In this document: piece by piece, positions 1 through 11,970 of the stretch
How positions within the stretch are numbered: the first letter of the stretch is position 1
Layout: each line of letters starts with the position of its first letter
Origin: Squalus acanthias
Lineage: Eukaryota
DNA: 64,000 nucleotides
Direction: 5' to 3'
Assembly (NCBI GenBank): GCA_030390025.1
Contig: CM059432.1
Coordinates: 15,502,001 to 15,566,000 of the forward strand
Program-made: the position numbers and the translations under genes
The notes under the pieces: generated by a model
What the model was told of the DNA's origin: nothing
The model's input: the letters and a program-made list of their open reading frames with translations, nothing else
The model's database searches: none

Positions 1-553
1 CAGTGTAAAAACTGGGGAGTGAAGCATGCAGGTCAGTCTCCCTAAAGGCAGTGTATACCTGAGCTATACAGACCAGAAGTCCCAGGTTTGGGTCTTGCTG
101 AATTAGACAATTGAGGTGTTTTTACTTTCCTGGACAGGTCCGGAGAGAGCAGCACTCAAATGGATACCCAAAGTTTTTTTGTGCTCTCTTGCCCTCTGCT
201 TATTTCACCTCATCCTAATGCTCCAGTCAAACCCGATGGAAGCCAGACAACGGGCAGATAAGAAGGAATCCAGCTCTGTGGTTTTATATTAAAGTGGAGA
301 CTTGGAGGCACCTTGTGAAAGCTACGACAAATGTGGGTCTTATGCGCCATCAGGTCTGCAGAGTTGCCCTGATTTACAGTGCACAGTGTCATCAGATGGG
401 GGAATACTCACCAAGGGTACTCACCTAACTTAAAAGTAGCTTCAGTTGGGGCTCTACAATTGGCCTCGGTGTTCCTGGGTTATGAAGAAGGAAATCAGCC
501 AGGATTCCCACTCCTGGTTACTTTGAATTGATCTTTACTGGAAAGTATGGATC

Positions 554-1115
554 TGAACTGTATAAAACACTAGTTAGGCCACAGCTAGAGCGCTGCGTAC
601 AGTTCTGGTCACCACTTTACAGGAAAGATGTGATTGCACTGGAGAGGGTACAGAGGAAATATATGAGGATGTTGCCAGGACTAGAGAATTTTAGCTATGA
701 AGAAAGATTGGATAGGCTGGGGTTGTTTTCTTAATTGAGGTGTATAAAATTATGAGGGGCCTAGATTAAGTGGATAGGAAGGACCTATTTCTCTTAGCAG
801 AGAGGTCAATAACCAGGGGGCATAAATTTAAAGTAATTGGTAGAAGGTTTAGAGGGGAGTTGAGGAGAACTTTTTTCATCCAGAGGGTGGTGGGGGTCTG
901 GAACTCACTGCCTGAAAGGGTGGTAGAGGCAGAAACCCTCAGTGCATTTAAAAAGTACTTGGATATGCACCTGAAGTGTTGTAACCTACAAGGCTACGGA
1001 CCAAGAGCTGGAAAGTGGGATTAGGCGGGATAGCTCTTTTTCAGCCGGCGTGGACACGATGGGCCGAATGGCCTCCTTCTGTGCTGTAAATTTCTATGAT
1101 TCTGTGATTCTATGA
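554..1115 (+). mobile_element. CR1 LINE 3' fragment
   Basis: ORF2 C-terminal motifs LYKTLVRPQLE.CVQFWSP, TRGHKFKV, QRVVGVWNSLP; (CTATGATT)n-type tail. Confidence 0.9.
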
Positions 1116-1619
1116 CAGGTGATGGCAGGATCCAGCTCAACTCAGTAGGTTGACACCTGAAGAATGGCCATTTGGGTAATGATCTGGTGCAATGATGGTG
1201 CCGATGAAATCATACCTTGCCAGAGTTGGTGCCTTTAGAAGATGAAGGGGAGCATATTTGTAATGGGGGAAATAGCGACGTATAAAAGCCAACTGGTCTC
1301 ACCTGGGCCAGTGTGTTTTTGGGAGTGGACACATTGGCCCAATGAAACCACAGACTGGGGTTTAACCCCGAAAATACCATAAGGAAAAGGCAGAACAAAA
1401 ATATACAATGGACAAAGGTACAACATACATAGGAAAGGGAATTGAATGCATTTATTGTAATAGCTGTCCCATTAACTTCTTTAAAACGAACATTATTTGA
1501 TCCATTTCACTTGAAATAAGCTCCTGGGAAGCACCCATACCCGGCATAAATTAACAGAAACTGTTGTCTCACAGCTTTTAAGGAAATCAGATAGTTCACC
1601 TGCTTTTTTGTTGTTGTGG

Positions 1620-2080
1620 TGTCAGCTGTGGCTCAGTGGGCAGCACCCTCACCTCTGAGTCAGCAGGTTGTGGGTTCAAGTCCCACTCCAGAGACTTGAG
1701 CACAAAAATCTAGGCTGACACTCCAGTGCAGTGCTGAGGGAGTGCTGCACTGTCGGAGGTGCCGTCTTTCGGATGAGATGTTAAACTGCTCTCTCTCTCA
1801 GGTGAATGTAAAATTTCCCACAGCACTATTTCGAAGAAGAGCAGGGGAGTTAGCCCCGGTGTCCTGGGGCCAATATTTCTCCCTCAATCAACATCACTAA
1901 AACAGATTATCTGGTCATTATCACATTGCTGTTTGTGGGAGCTTTGCTGTGTGTAAATTGGCTGCCGCGTTTCCCACATTACAACAGTGACTACACTTCA
2001 AAAAGTACTTAATTGGCTGTAAAGCGCTTTGGGACGTCCGGTGGTCGTGAAAGGCGCTATAGAAATGCAAGTCTGTCTTT
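1620..2080 (+). mobile_element. tRNA-derived Deu-domain-type SINE (SacSINE1/AmnSINE-like), full length
   Basis: A box TGGCTCAGTGG (1629-1639), B box GGTTCAAGTCC (1673-1683), central GGTGCCGTCTTTCGGATGAG..CACTATTTCGAAGAAGAGCAGGGGAGTT body, L2-like tail AAAGGCGCTATA(G/T)AAATGCAAGT. Many copies in the window. Confidence 0.8.
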
Positions 2081-2502
2081 TTTAAGGCAAATGTCATTCT
2101 TTTGTGTGACAGACCTGACAAATGTTCCTTGTTGAGATTGATTTTGTTTTTTAAAAACTTTGATCAAAATTAATCGTGTGCCTCATTGCAAAATATAGGT
2201 CCCTCTTCAATTTGATTAGCTTTTTTTTAATGTATCTTTGTCCTTTTAACCCCTGTAAAATCTCATCCGTTGTCACAATTTCAGCTTGCCATCTTTGGGA
2301 AGGTTATTTTCCAGTTCGAGAGATTTTCCCCCTTCCTCGTCCCCTTCCCCCACGTTTCACAGATCACCCAAATACAGAGATCTCGCCCTGACTGCAGTGA
2401 TTCTCCAACAGTGTAGTTGAAATATCCCCGTTTAAGCGAATATTAGGAAAGCAACTGTCTGTAAAGAGACGCTTGGGCCCTGTCCCAGAGGTGATCATTA
2501 TA

Positions 2503-2618
2503 TGGAGATGCCGGCGTTGGACTGGGGTGGACAAAAATGAGAAGTCGCACAACACCAGGTTATAGTCCAACAGATTTATTCTGCTGGACTATAACCTGGT
2601 GTTGTGCGACTTCTCATT
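2503..2618. mobile_element. Penelope-like pLTR mini-insertion (inverted/direct, hairpin)
   Basis: Matches the 3' end of the Penelope copy at 55425-55506 in both orientations. 12-bp TSD GTGATCATTATA at 2491-2502 and 3365-3376. Confidence 0.8.
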
Positions 2619-3361
2619 GGGCCGAAAATTGATCCCGGGACGCGAGAGTACGCACTGCGTACTCTCGCGTATTCCCACTCCAATTGCCGGTTTTCTGCAT
2701 GCCCTGCGCATGCGCTGAAAACCGGCAATTGCTCTTCCGAAAAGGGGGCGGGGCCTGGCTGCATCGCGTGCGCGCTACAGGCTGCGCGCACGCTGTGCAC
2801 TTCATGCTTTGGACGCGCAGGTAAGTAGGGAAGATTTTGGAAATGTAAAAAGGAGGAGTAAGACCCGCTTTTAAGAAGGTAAGTAGTGAATTAAGTATTT
2901 TTTTGAATTTTTTTTTACAGGTATATCTTTTTTATAGACTTTAAAGACAGGTAAGTTTATTTTTATAACTTTTTAAAAGATTTTAAATTTTTTCAAAAAT
3001 TTAATTTTTTATTTAAAATGGTTAATTTAATTAACTATACTTATTTTATTAATGTGATGGGTTTTTTTTTTAATTTAATTGAGGTTTAGCTGTTATTTTG
3101 GGGGGGTGTAAGATTCATAAGTCTCACAGCCATGCTGTGAGACTTATGAATGGAAGATGGTGTGCTGCCATTGGCTCTAACTGAGTCACGTGATCCCACA
3201 GCTCGCACGAATTAACTACGCCGCTGGGATACGCAAGCCCAGCACAGCTGATGTCTGGAACATCAATTTCGTGCGAGCTGGATCAGAAAAAGCATAAGCG
3301 AGGTGAGACATCGTGGGGAAGGCTTACCCCCGCGGGAACAGAGCGAGATCAATTTCTGGGC
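2619..3361. mobile_element. Harbinger-type MITE
   Basis: Imperfect TIRs GGGCCGAAAATTGATCCCG / CGAGATCAATTTCTGGGC, ATT on both flanks, GC-rich arms and AT-rich core. Confidence 0.7.
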
Positions 3362-3859
3362 ATTGTGATCATTATAGACAGGGTCTGTCTGTGTGTGTAA
3401 TTGGTTTCAAAGTCGAATCTTTGAAGCTGGCCGGGGACCCAGGTCCGAGCTGTGGTTGTTTACTGTGAAATTCTTTTTTGTTTTCACTAACTTGGAAAGG
3501 AATGTTTTATACTCCGCATTGACCGGCTTTTCTCAGTAAACTTCTCGATGCCAAGCAAATAAAAACCGACTCAAGCTAAACAGCGTGGCCAGGCGAGTCA
3601 AATGAAATCAGTCCCTCATCCCAGAGTTTTGCTGACCGTTTGGGTTCTTTAATCTGGGCCAGTGGCTGGAAGCAAATCGGCGAGGAGCTACAGGTACATT
3701 AGTGAAACAGTAAAAGTCTGCACAAACACCACCTGTTAATGAGAGTCGGTGTAACGCAGAATTTCAAACCCCTTTTATAAACAGGGCGGAACGAATGTAA
3801 AATTACAAACTTCCGATGCTGGAGACTCTGGGTTCTATCTCTAATCTGTGTGGGAATCT

Positions 3860-4718
3860 GTCGGGTCTGTCAGTGTGTGCGCGTGTGTGTCAGTGAGTGT
3901 CTGTGTCAGTGTGTGTGTGTCTGTCTGTGTGTGTCAGTGTGTGTGTGTTTGTCTGTCTGTGTGTGTCAGTGAGTGTCTGTGTCAGTGTGTGTCAGTGTGT
4001 GTGTGTCAGTGAGTGTCTCTCAGTGTGTGTGTATCAGTGTGTGTCTGTCAGTGTCTGTGTCAGTGTGTGTCAGTGTGTATGTCAGTGTGTGTCTGTCAGT
4101 GTGTATGTGTCAGTGTGTGTGTCTGTGTCAGTGTGTGTTTCTGTGTGTGTGTGTCAGTGTGTGTTTCAGTGTGTGTGTCAGTGTGTGTGTCAGTATGTGT
4201 TTCAGTGTGTGTGTGTCAGTGTGTGTTTCAGTGTGTGTGTAAGTGTCAGTGGGTGTCTGTCACTGTGTATGCCAGTGTGTGTTTCAGTGTGTGTGTAAGT
4301 GTCAGTGGGTGTCTGTCAGTGTGTGTGTCAGTGTGTGTTTCAGTGTGTGTGTGCTTCAGTGTGTGTGTCGTGTGTGTTTCAGTGTGTGTGTGTCTGTCAG
4401 TGTGTGTGTCGTGTGTGTTTCAGTGTGTGTGTCTGTCAGTGTGTGTGTCAGTGTGTGTGTGTGTCAGTGTGTGTGTCGTGTGTGTTTCAGTGTGTGTGTG
4501 TCTGTCGGTGTGTGTCTGTCAGTGTGTGTGTCAGTGTGTGTTTCAGTGTGTGTGTCAGTGTGTGTGTCAGTGTGTGTGTGTGTCAGTCTGTGTGTATCAG
4601 TGTGTGTGTGTCAGTGTGTTTGTGTCAGTGTGTGTGTCAGTCAGTGTGTGTGTGTCAGTGTTTGTGTGTGTGTGTGTGTGTGTGTCAGTCAGTGTGTGTG
4701 TGTGTCAGTCTGTGTGTG
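3860..4718 (+). repeat. GT-rich satellite (GT)n-CA / GTGTGTCA-type, block 1
   Basis: Directly visible tandem of (GT)n interrupted by CA/CT. Confidence 0.95.
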
Positions 4719-4721
4719 TTT

Positions 4722-7700
4722 TTTTTAATTTGTTTATGGGATGTGGGCGTCGCTGGCAAGGCCAGCATTTATTGCCCATCCCTAATTGCCCTTGAGAAGG
4801 TGGTGGTGAGCCGCCTTCTTGAACCACTGCAGTCCATGTGGTGAAGGTACTCCACGGTGCTGTTAGCGAGTGAGTTCCAGGATTTTGACCCAGCGACGAT
4901 GAAGGATCGGCGATATACTTCCAAGTCAGGATGGTGTGTGACTTGGAGGGGAACTTGGAGGTGGTGGTGTTCCCATGCGCCTGCTGCCCTTGTCCTTCTA
5001 GGTGGAAGAAGTCGCGGATTTTGGAGGTGCTGCCGAAGAAGCCTTGGTGAGTTGCTGCAGTGCATCTTGTAGATGGTACACACTGCAGCCACGGTACGCT
5101 GGTGGTGGAGGGAGTGAATGTTTAAGGTGGTGAATGGGGTGCCGATCAAGCGGGCTGCTTTGTCCTAGATGGTGTTGAGCTTCTTGAGTGTTGTTGGAGC
5201 TGCACTCATCCAGGCAAGTGGACAGTATTCCATCACACTCCTTACTTGTGCCTTTTAGATGGTAGAAAGGCTTTGGGGAGTCAGGAGGTGAGACACTCCC
5301 CGTAGAATACCTAACCTCTGACCTGTTCTTGTTGCCACAGTATTTATGTGGCTGGTCCAGTTAAGTTTCTGGTCAATGGTGACCCCCCCAGGATGTTGAT
5401 AGTGGGGGATTTGGCGATGGTAATACCGTTGAATGTCAAGGGGCAGTGTTTAGACTCTCGCTTGTTGGAGATAGTCATTGCCTGGCACTTCTGTGGCGTG
5501 AATGTTACCTGCCACTTATCAGTCCAAGCCTGAATGTCGTCCAGATCTTGTTGCATGCGAGCATGGACAGCTTCATTATCTGAGGAGTTGTGAATGGCAC
5601 TGAACACTGTGCAGTCATCAGCGAACATCCCCATTTCCAACCTTATGTTGAAGGGAAGGTCATTGATGAAGCAGCTGAAGATGGTTGGGCCTAGGACACT
5701 GCCCTGAGGAACTCCTGCAGCGATGTCCTGGGGCTGTGATGATTGACCTTCAACCACCACAACCATCTTCCTTTGTGCTAGGTATGACTGCAGCCAGTGG
5801 AGAGTTTTCCCCCCGATTCCCATTGACTTCAGTTTTACTCGTGCTCCTTGATGCCACACTCGGTCAAATGCTGCCTTGATGTCAAAGGCAGTCACTCTCA
5901 CCTCACCTCTAGAATTCAGCTCCTTTGTCCATGTTTGGACCAAGGTTGTAATGAGGTCGGCAGCCGAGTGTTCTTGGCAGAACCCAGACTGGGCATCAGT
6001 GAGTAAGTGCCTGCTTGATAGCACTGTCGATGACACCTTCCATCACTTTATTGATGATTGAGAGTAGACTGATGGGCAGTAATTGGCTGGATTGGATTTG
6101 TCCTGCTTTTTGTGGACAGGACACACCTGGGCAGTTTTCCACATTGTCGGGTAGATGCCAGTGTTGTAGCTGTACTGGAACAGCTTGGCTAGAGGTGCGG
6201 CTAGTCCTGGAGCACAAGTCTTCAGCACTATAGCTGGGATGTTGTCGAGGCCCATAGCCTTTGCTGTATCCAGTGTGCTCAGCAGTTTCTTGACATCACG
6301 TGGAGTGAATCGAATTGGCTGAAGACTGGTTTCTGTGATGGTGGGGCCCACAGGAGGAGGCCGATATGGATCATCCACTCAACACTTCTGGCTGAAGATG
6401 GTTGCAAACACTTCAGCCTTGCCTTTTGCACTCATGTGCTGGGCTCCACCATCATTGAGGCTCCTCCTCCCGTTAGTTGTTTAATGGTCCACCACCATTC
6501 ACGACTGGATGTGGCAGGACTGCAGAGCTTTGATCTGATCCGTTGATTGTGGGATCGCTTAGCCCTCTCTATAGCATGCTGCTTCCGCTTTTTAGTCCTG
6601 TGTTGCAGCTTCCCCATTTGGCACCTCATTTTTAGGTACGCCTGCTGCTGCTCCTGGCATGCTCTTCTACACTCCTTATTGAACCAGGGTTGGTCCCCTG
6701 GCTTGATGGTAATGGTAGAATGAGGGACATGCCCAGCCATGAGGTTACAGATTGTGGTGGAATACAATTCTGCTGATGCCCCACAGATGCCCAGTTCTGA
6801 GCTGCTAGATCTGTTCTGAATCTATCCCATTTAGCACAGTGGTAGTGCCACATAACACGATGGAGGGTGTCCTCAGTGTGAAGACAGGACTTCATCTCCA
6901 CAATGTCTGTGCGGTGGTCACTGCTGCCAATACTGTCATGGACAGATACATCTGCGACAGGTAGATTGGTGAGGACGAGGTCAAGTAGGTTTTTCCCTCG
7001 TGTTGGTTCTCTCACCACTTGTCGCAGGCCCAGACTGGCAGCTATGTCCTTCAGGACTTGGCCAGCTCGGTCAGTAGTGGTGCTACTGAGACACTCTTGG
7101 TGATGGACATTGAAGTCCCCCACCCAGAGTACATTCTGTGCCCTTGCTACTCTCAGTGCTTCTTCCAAGTGGTGTTCAACATGGCAGAGTACTGATTCAT
7201 CAGCTGAGGGAGGGCGGTAGGTGGTAATCAGCAGGAGGTTTCCTTGCGCCCATGCTTGACCTGAAGCCATGAGACTTCATGGGGTCCAGAGTCAATGTTG
7301 AGGATTCCCAGAGCCACTCGTTCCCGACTGTATACCACTGTGCCGCCACCCCTGGTGGGTCTGTCCTGCCGGTGGGGCAGAGATGGTGATGGAGGAATTT
7401 GGGACATTGGCTGGAAGGTATGATTCTGTGAGTATGACTATGTCAGGCTGTTGCTTGACTAGTCTGTGGGACAGCTCTCCCAATTTTGGCACAAGTCCCC
7501 AGATGTTGGTGAGGAGGACTTTGCAGGGTCGACTGGGCTGGGTGTGCTGTTGCCGTGTCCGTAGCTGGTGCTGAGTGGTTCGGTTTCATATTTATTATTT
7601 TGTTTCGTAGCGGTTTGTTACAACTGAGTAGCTTGCTAGGCCATTTCAGAGGGGCAGTTAAGAATCAACCACATTTTTGTGGGTCAGGAGTCACATATAT

Positions 7701-7946
7701 CCCTGACCAGGTAAGGACAGCAAATTTCCTTCCCTAAAGGACATTAGTGAACCAGATGGGTTTTTACACCAATCCGATAGTTTCATGGTCACCATTACTG
7801 ATACTAGTAATTATTCCAGATTTATTTAATTAACTGAATTTAAATTCCCCAGCTGCCATGGTGGGATTTGAACTCACATCTCTGGATCAATAGTCCAGGC
7901 CTCTGGATTACTAGCCCAGTGACAATACCACTATACTAACATTCCC
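4722..7946 (-). mobile_element. Near full-length APE-RT non-LTR retrotransposon (family 'B', clade unassigned) with tRNA-like 5' head; frameshifted
   Basis: APE motifs NIWGL, DIVILTESYL, YRPP, GDFN, LDLVLTN, SDH; RT motifs [30 protein letters not shown]-rich 3' end at about 4722; A/B boxes at 7863-7938. Confidence 0.9.
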
Positions 7947-7947
7947 T

Positions 7948-8452
7948 TGTGTCAGTGTGTGTGTGTGTGTGTGTCAGTGTGTGTCTGTCAGTGTGTCTGC
8001 GTCAGTGTGTGTCTGTGTCAGTGTGTGTGTGTGTCAGTGTGTGTGTGTGTCAGTGTGTGTGTGTCAGTGTGTCTGTGTCAGTGTGTCTGTGTCAGTGTGC
8101 ATCTGTCAGAGTGTGTGTGTGTCAGTGTGTGTGTGTGTGTGCATCTGTCAGAGTGTGTGTGTGTCTGTGTCAGTGTGTGTCAGTGTGTGTGTCTGTGTCA
8201 GTGTGTGTCTGAGTGTGTGTGTGTCAGTGTGTGTCTGTCAGTGTGTGTGTCTGTGTCAGTGTGTGTGTGTCTGTCAGTGTGTGTGTGTCAGTGTGTGTTT
8301 CAGTGTGTGTGTATCAGTGTGTGTGTATCAGTGTGTGTGTATCAGTGTGTGTCTGTCAGTGTGTGTGTGTCAGTGTGTGTTTCAGTGTGTGTGTGTCAGT
8401 GTGTGTGTATCAGTGTGTGTGTGTGTCTGTCAGTGTGTCTGTGTCAGTGTGT
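7948..8452 (+). repeat. GT-rich satellite block 2
   Basis: Same unit and strand as block 1. Confidence 0.95.
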
Positions 8453-10196
8453 GAACATAAGAACATAAGAAATAGGAGCAGGTGTAGGCCATTCGGCCCT
8501 TCGAGCCTGCTCCGCCATTCAATGAGATCATGGCTGATCTTCTGCCTCAACTCCATTCACCGGCCCTATCGCCATATCCCTTGATGCCCTTACTAGTCAG
8601 AAATCTATCGACTTCTGTTTTGAATATACCCAATGACTGAGCCTCCACAGCCCCCTGGGGTAGAGAATTCCAAAGATTCACCACCCTCTGTGTGAAGAAA
8701 TTTCTTCTCATCTCAGTCCTGAATGGCCTACCCTTTATCCTGAGGCTGGGGCCCCTGGTTCTAGGCTCCCCAGCCAAGGGAAACATTCTCCCAGCATCCA
8801 TCCTATCAAGCCCTGTAATAATTTTGTATGCTTCAATGAGATCCCCTCTCATTCTTCTGAATTCAAGAGAATACAGTCCTAGTTTACTCAATCTCTTCTC
8901 ATACGACAGTTCCGCCATCCCAGGAATCAATCTCGTGAACCTTCGTTGCACTCCCTCTATGGCAAGTATATCCTTCCTTAGGTAAGGAGACCAAAATTGT
9001 ACACAGTACTCCAGGTGTGGTCTCACCAAGGCCCTATATAATTGGAGTAAGACTTCTTTACTCCTGCACTCAAATCCTCTTGTAATGAAAGCCAGCATAC
9101 CATTTGCCTTCCTAATGGCTTGCTGCACCTGCACATTCACTTTCAGTGACTCATGTACAAGGACACCCAGGTCCCTTTGAGCATCTGCATTCACCAATCT
9201 TTCACCATTTAGGAAATACTCTGTCTTTCTGTTTTTTTCTACCAAAGTGGATAACTTCACATTTATCCACATTATATTCCATCTGCCATGTTCTCGCCCA
9301 CTCACTGAGCCTGTCGAGATCCCCTTGAAGCCTCTTCACATCCTCTTCACAACTAACACTGCCACCTAGCTTTGTATCATCAGCAAATTTGGAAATGTTA
9401 CATTTAGTCCCCTCATCCAAATCATTGATATAGATTGTGAATAGCTGGGGCCCAAGCACCGATCCTTGCGGTACCCCACTAGTCACAGCCTGCCATTCCC
9501 TACTCTTTGTTTTCTGTCTGTTAACCAATTCTCAATCCATGCTAGTATATTACCCCCAATTCCATGTGCCCTAATTTTGTTCACCAACCTCTTGTGTGGG
9601 ACCTTATCGAAGGCCTTCTGAAAATCCAAATACACCACATCTACCAGTTCCCCTTTGTCTACTCCGCTAGTTACATCTTAAAGAACTCCAATAGGTTTGT
9701 TAAACAGGATTTCCCTTTCATAAATCCATGTTGACTCTGCCCAAACTTACTATTAGTTTCTAAGTGTCCAGTTATTACATCCTTTATAATAGATTCCAGC
9801 ATTTTTCCAACTACTGCTGTGAGGCTAACAGGTTTGTAGTTCCCCGTTTTCTCTCTCCCTCCTTTCTTAAATAGCGGGGTTACATTTGCTATCCTCCAAT
9901 CTGCAGGAACCGTTCCAGAATCTATAGAAGTTTGGAAGATGACAACCAATGTGTCCACTATCCCAATGGCCACCTCTTTCAAAACCCTAGGATGTAGGTC
10001 ATCCGGTCCTTGGGATTTATTGACTTTTAGTCCCACTAATTTTGCTAGTACTGTTTTTTTACTAATAATAATTTCTTTAAGTTCCTCATTCTCGCCACAC
10101 CCTTGGTTTTCTCGTATTTCTGGGAGGTTTGTGAAGACAGAAACAAAGTATTTATTTAATTTCTCTGCCATTTCCTCATTCCCCATTATAAATTCT
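8453..10196 (-). mobile_element. CR1 LINE, 5'-truncated
   Basis: RT motifs [29 protein letters not shown]; (TTCTTATG)n tail at 8453-8470. Confidence 0.93.
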
Positions 10197-11148
10197 TGTG
10201 TGTCAGTGTGTGTCTGTCAGTGTGTGTGTGTGTGTCAGTGTGTGTGTCAGTGTGTGTCTGTCAGTGTGTGTCTGTCAGTGTGTGTGTCAGTGTGTGTCTG
10301 TCAGTGTGTGTCTGTCAGTGTGTGTGTCAGTGTGTGTGTCTGTGTCAGTGTGTGTGTGTCAGTGTGTGTGTGTGTGTGTCAGTGTGTGTGTCAGTGTGTG
10401 TCTGTGTCAGTATGTGTGTGTGTCAGTGTGTGTGTGTCTGTGTCAGTGTGTGTGTCAGTGTGTGTGTGTCTGTGTCAGTGTGTGTGTGTCTGTGTTAGTG
10501 TGTGTGTGTCAGTGTGTGTGTCTGTGTCAGTGTGTGTGTCAGTGTGTGTGTGTCTGTGTTAGTGTGTGTGTCAGTGTGTGTGTGTGTCTGTGTTAGTGTG
10601 TGTGTGTCAGTGTGTGTGTCTGTGTCAGTGTGTGTGTCAGTGTGTGTGTGTCTGTGTTAGTGTGTGTGTCAGTGTGTGTGTGTGTCTGTGTGTGTGTGTG
10701 TGTGTATCAGTGTGTGTCAGTGTGTGTGTCAGTGTGTGTCTGTGTCAGTGTGTGTGTGTCAGTGTGTGTGTGTCTGTGTTAGTGTGTGTGTGTCAGTGTG
10801 TGTGTCTGTGTCAGTGTGTGTGTCAGTGTGTGTGTGTCTGTGTTAGTGTGTGTGTCAGTGTGTGTGTCAGTGTGTGTGTCTGTGTCAGTGTGTGTGTCAG
10901 TGTGTGTGTGTCTGTGTCAGTGTGTGTGTGTCAGTGTGTGTGTGTCTGTGTCAGTGTGTGTGTCAGTGTGCGTGTCTGTGTCAGTGTGTGTGTGTCTGTG
11001 TCAGTGTGTGTGTGTCAGTGTGTGTGTGTCTGTGTCAGTGTGTGTGTCAGTGTGTATGTGTCAGTGTGTGTGTGTCTGTGTCAGTGTGTGTGTCAGTGTG
11101 TGTGTCTGTGTCAGTGTGTGTGTGTCTGTGTTTATGTCTGTGTCTGTA
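10197..11148 (+). repeat. GT-rich satellite block 3
   Basis: Same unit and strand as blocks 1-2. Confidence 0.95.
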
Positions 11149-11749
11149 TGTTTTAGCAAATGAGTTCATTTTGTTCTTGCTTCCCTTTGACAAGTCCTCC
11201 GGCTGATGGAGTGTTTTCGAGCTAAAATGTTCCCATCGATTTTTCCCCCTCCTCTGTCTGAAAGCCACAAATAGAGTCACACAGAAAGGGTGGTGCGGCT
11301 TAAATCTGGCAATGCCACTGAGTTCCGAGTCCGGACTCCACCTGGCAGTGCAAGCCTGGGTTATATTACAATAAACCAGCAGTAATTATTAGACAAAGGG
11401 ATGAATGCAAAGATGCATTTATCGTTGCTATGAGCGGATTGTTGCGAACGTGCATTTAAACTACAAACATATTGCACTGTAGGGTGAGATGAAAGCAGAA
11501 TGGGAGCATAAACACCGGCACAGACAAGTTGGGCTGAATGGCCTCTTTCTATGCTGTAAATTCTATGTAATTCTCGGTATTCCTTACAACTGGTTAAAGG
11601 ATAAATATTGGCCAAATTGGATAAATTCGCGCCACGCGACCGAGGTGTTTAGTTGAAGTTTTGCAATGAAGGTACAAATGTGTGGGATTCAATTCCCTGA
11701 GAGCCACCTGTGGAAGACTCTTGTGTGGATTTTCTGCAATGGTCTGAAC

Positions 11750-11970
11750 CTGTCCTGGGCCAATATTTATCCCTCAACCAACATAACACAAAACAGATTA
11801 TCTGGTCATTATCACGTTGCTGTTTGTGGGAGCTTGCTGTGCGCAAATTGGCTGCCGCGTTTCCCACATTACAACAGTGACTCCACTCCAAAAGTACTTC
11901 ATTGGCTGTAAAGCGCTTTGAGCCGTCCGGTGGTCGTGAAAGGCGCTATATCAATGCAAGTCTTTCTTTT
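11750..11970 (+). mobile_element. Deu-type SINE 3' half
   Basis: Near identity to 1860-2080. Confidence 0.8.

Noticed and set aside
1620..1690. Functional tRNA genes at SINE/LINE heads (also 7860-7946)
   Set aside because: A/B boxes are present but there is no complete cloverleaf or acceptor stem, and they continue into repeat bodies.
3860..11148. CRISPR-like repeat array
   Set aside because: No constant repeat with unique spacers and no cas genes; eukaryotic simple satellite.
3897..11206. Cys/Val/Ser/Gln-rich ORFs resembling metallothionein or keratin-associated proteins
   Set aside because: They are translations of the GT satellite, open in all three frames.
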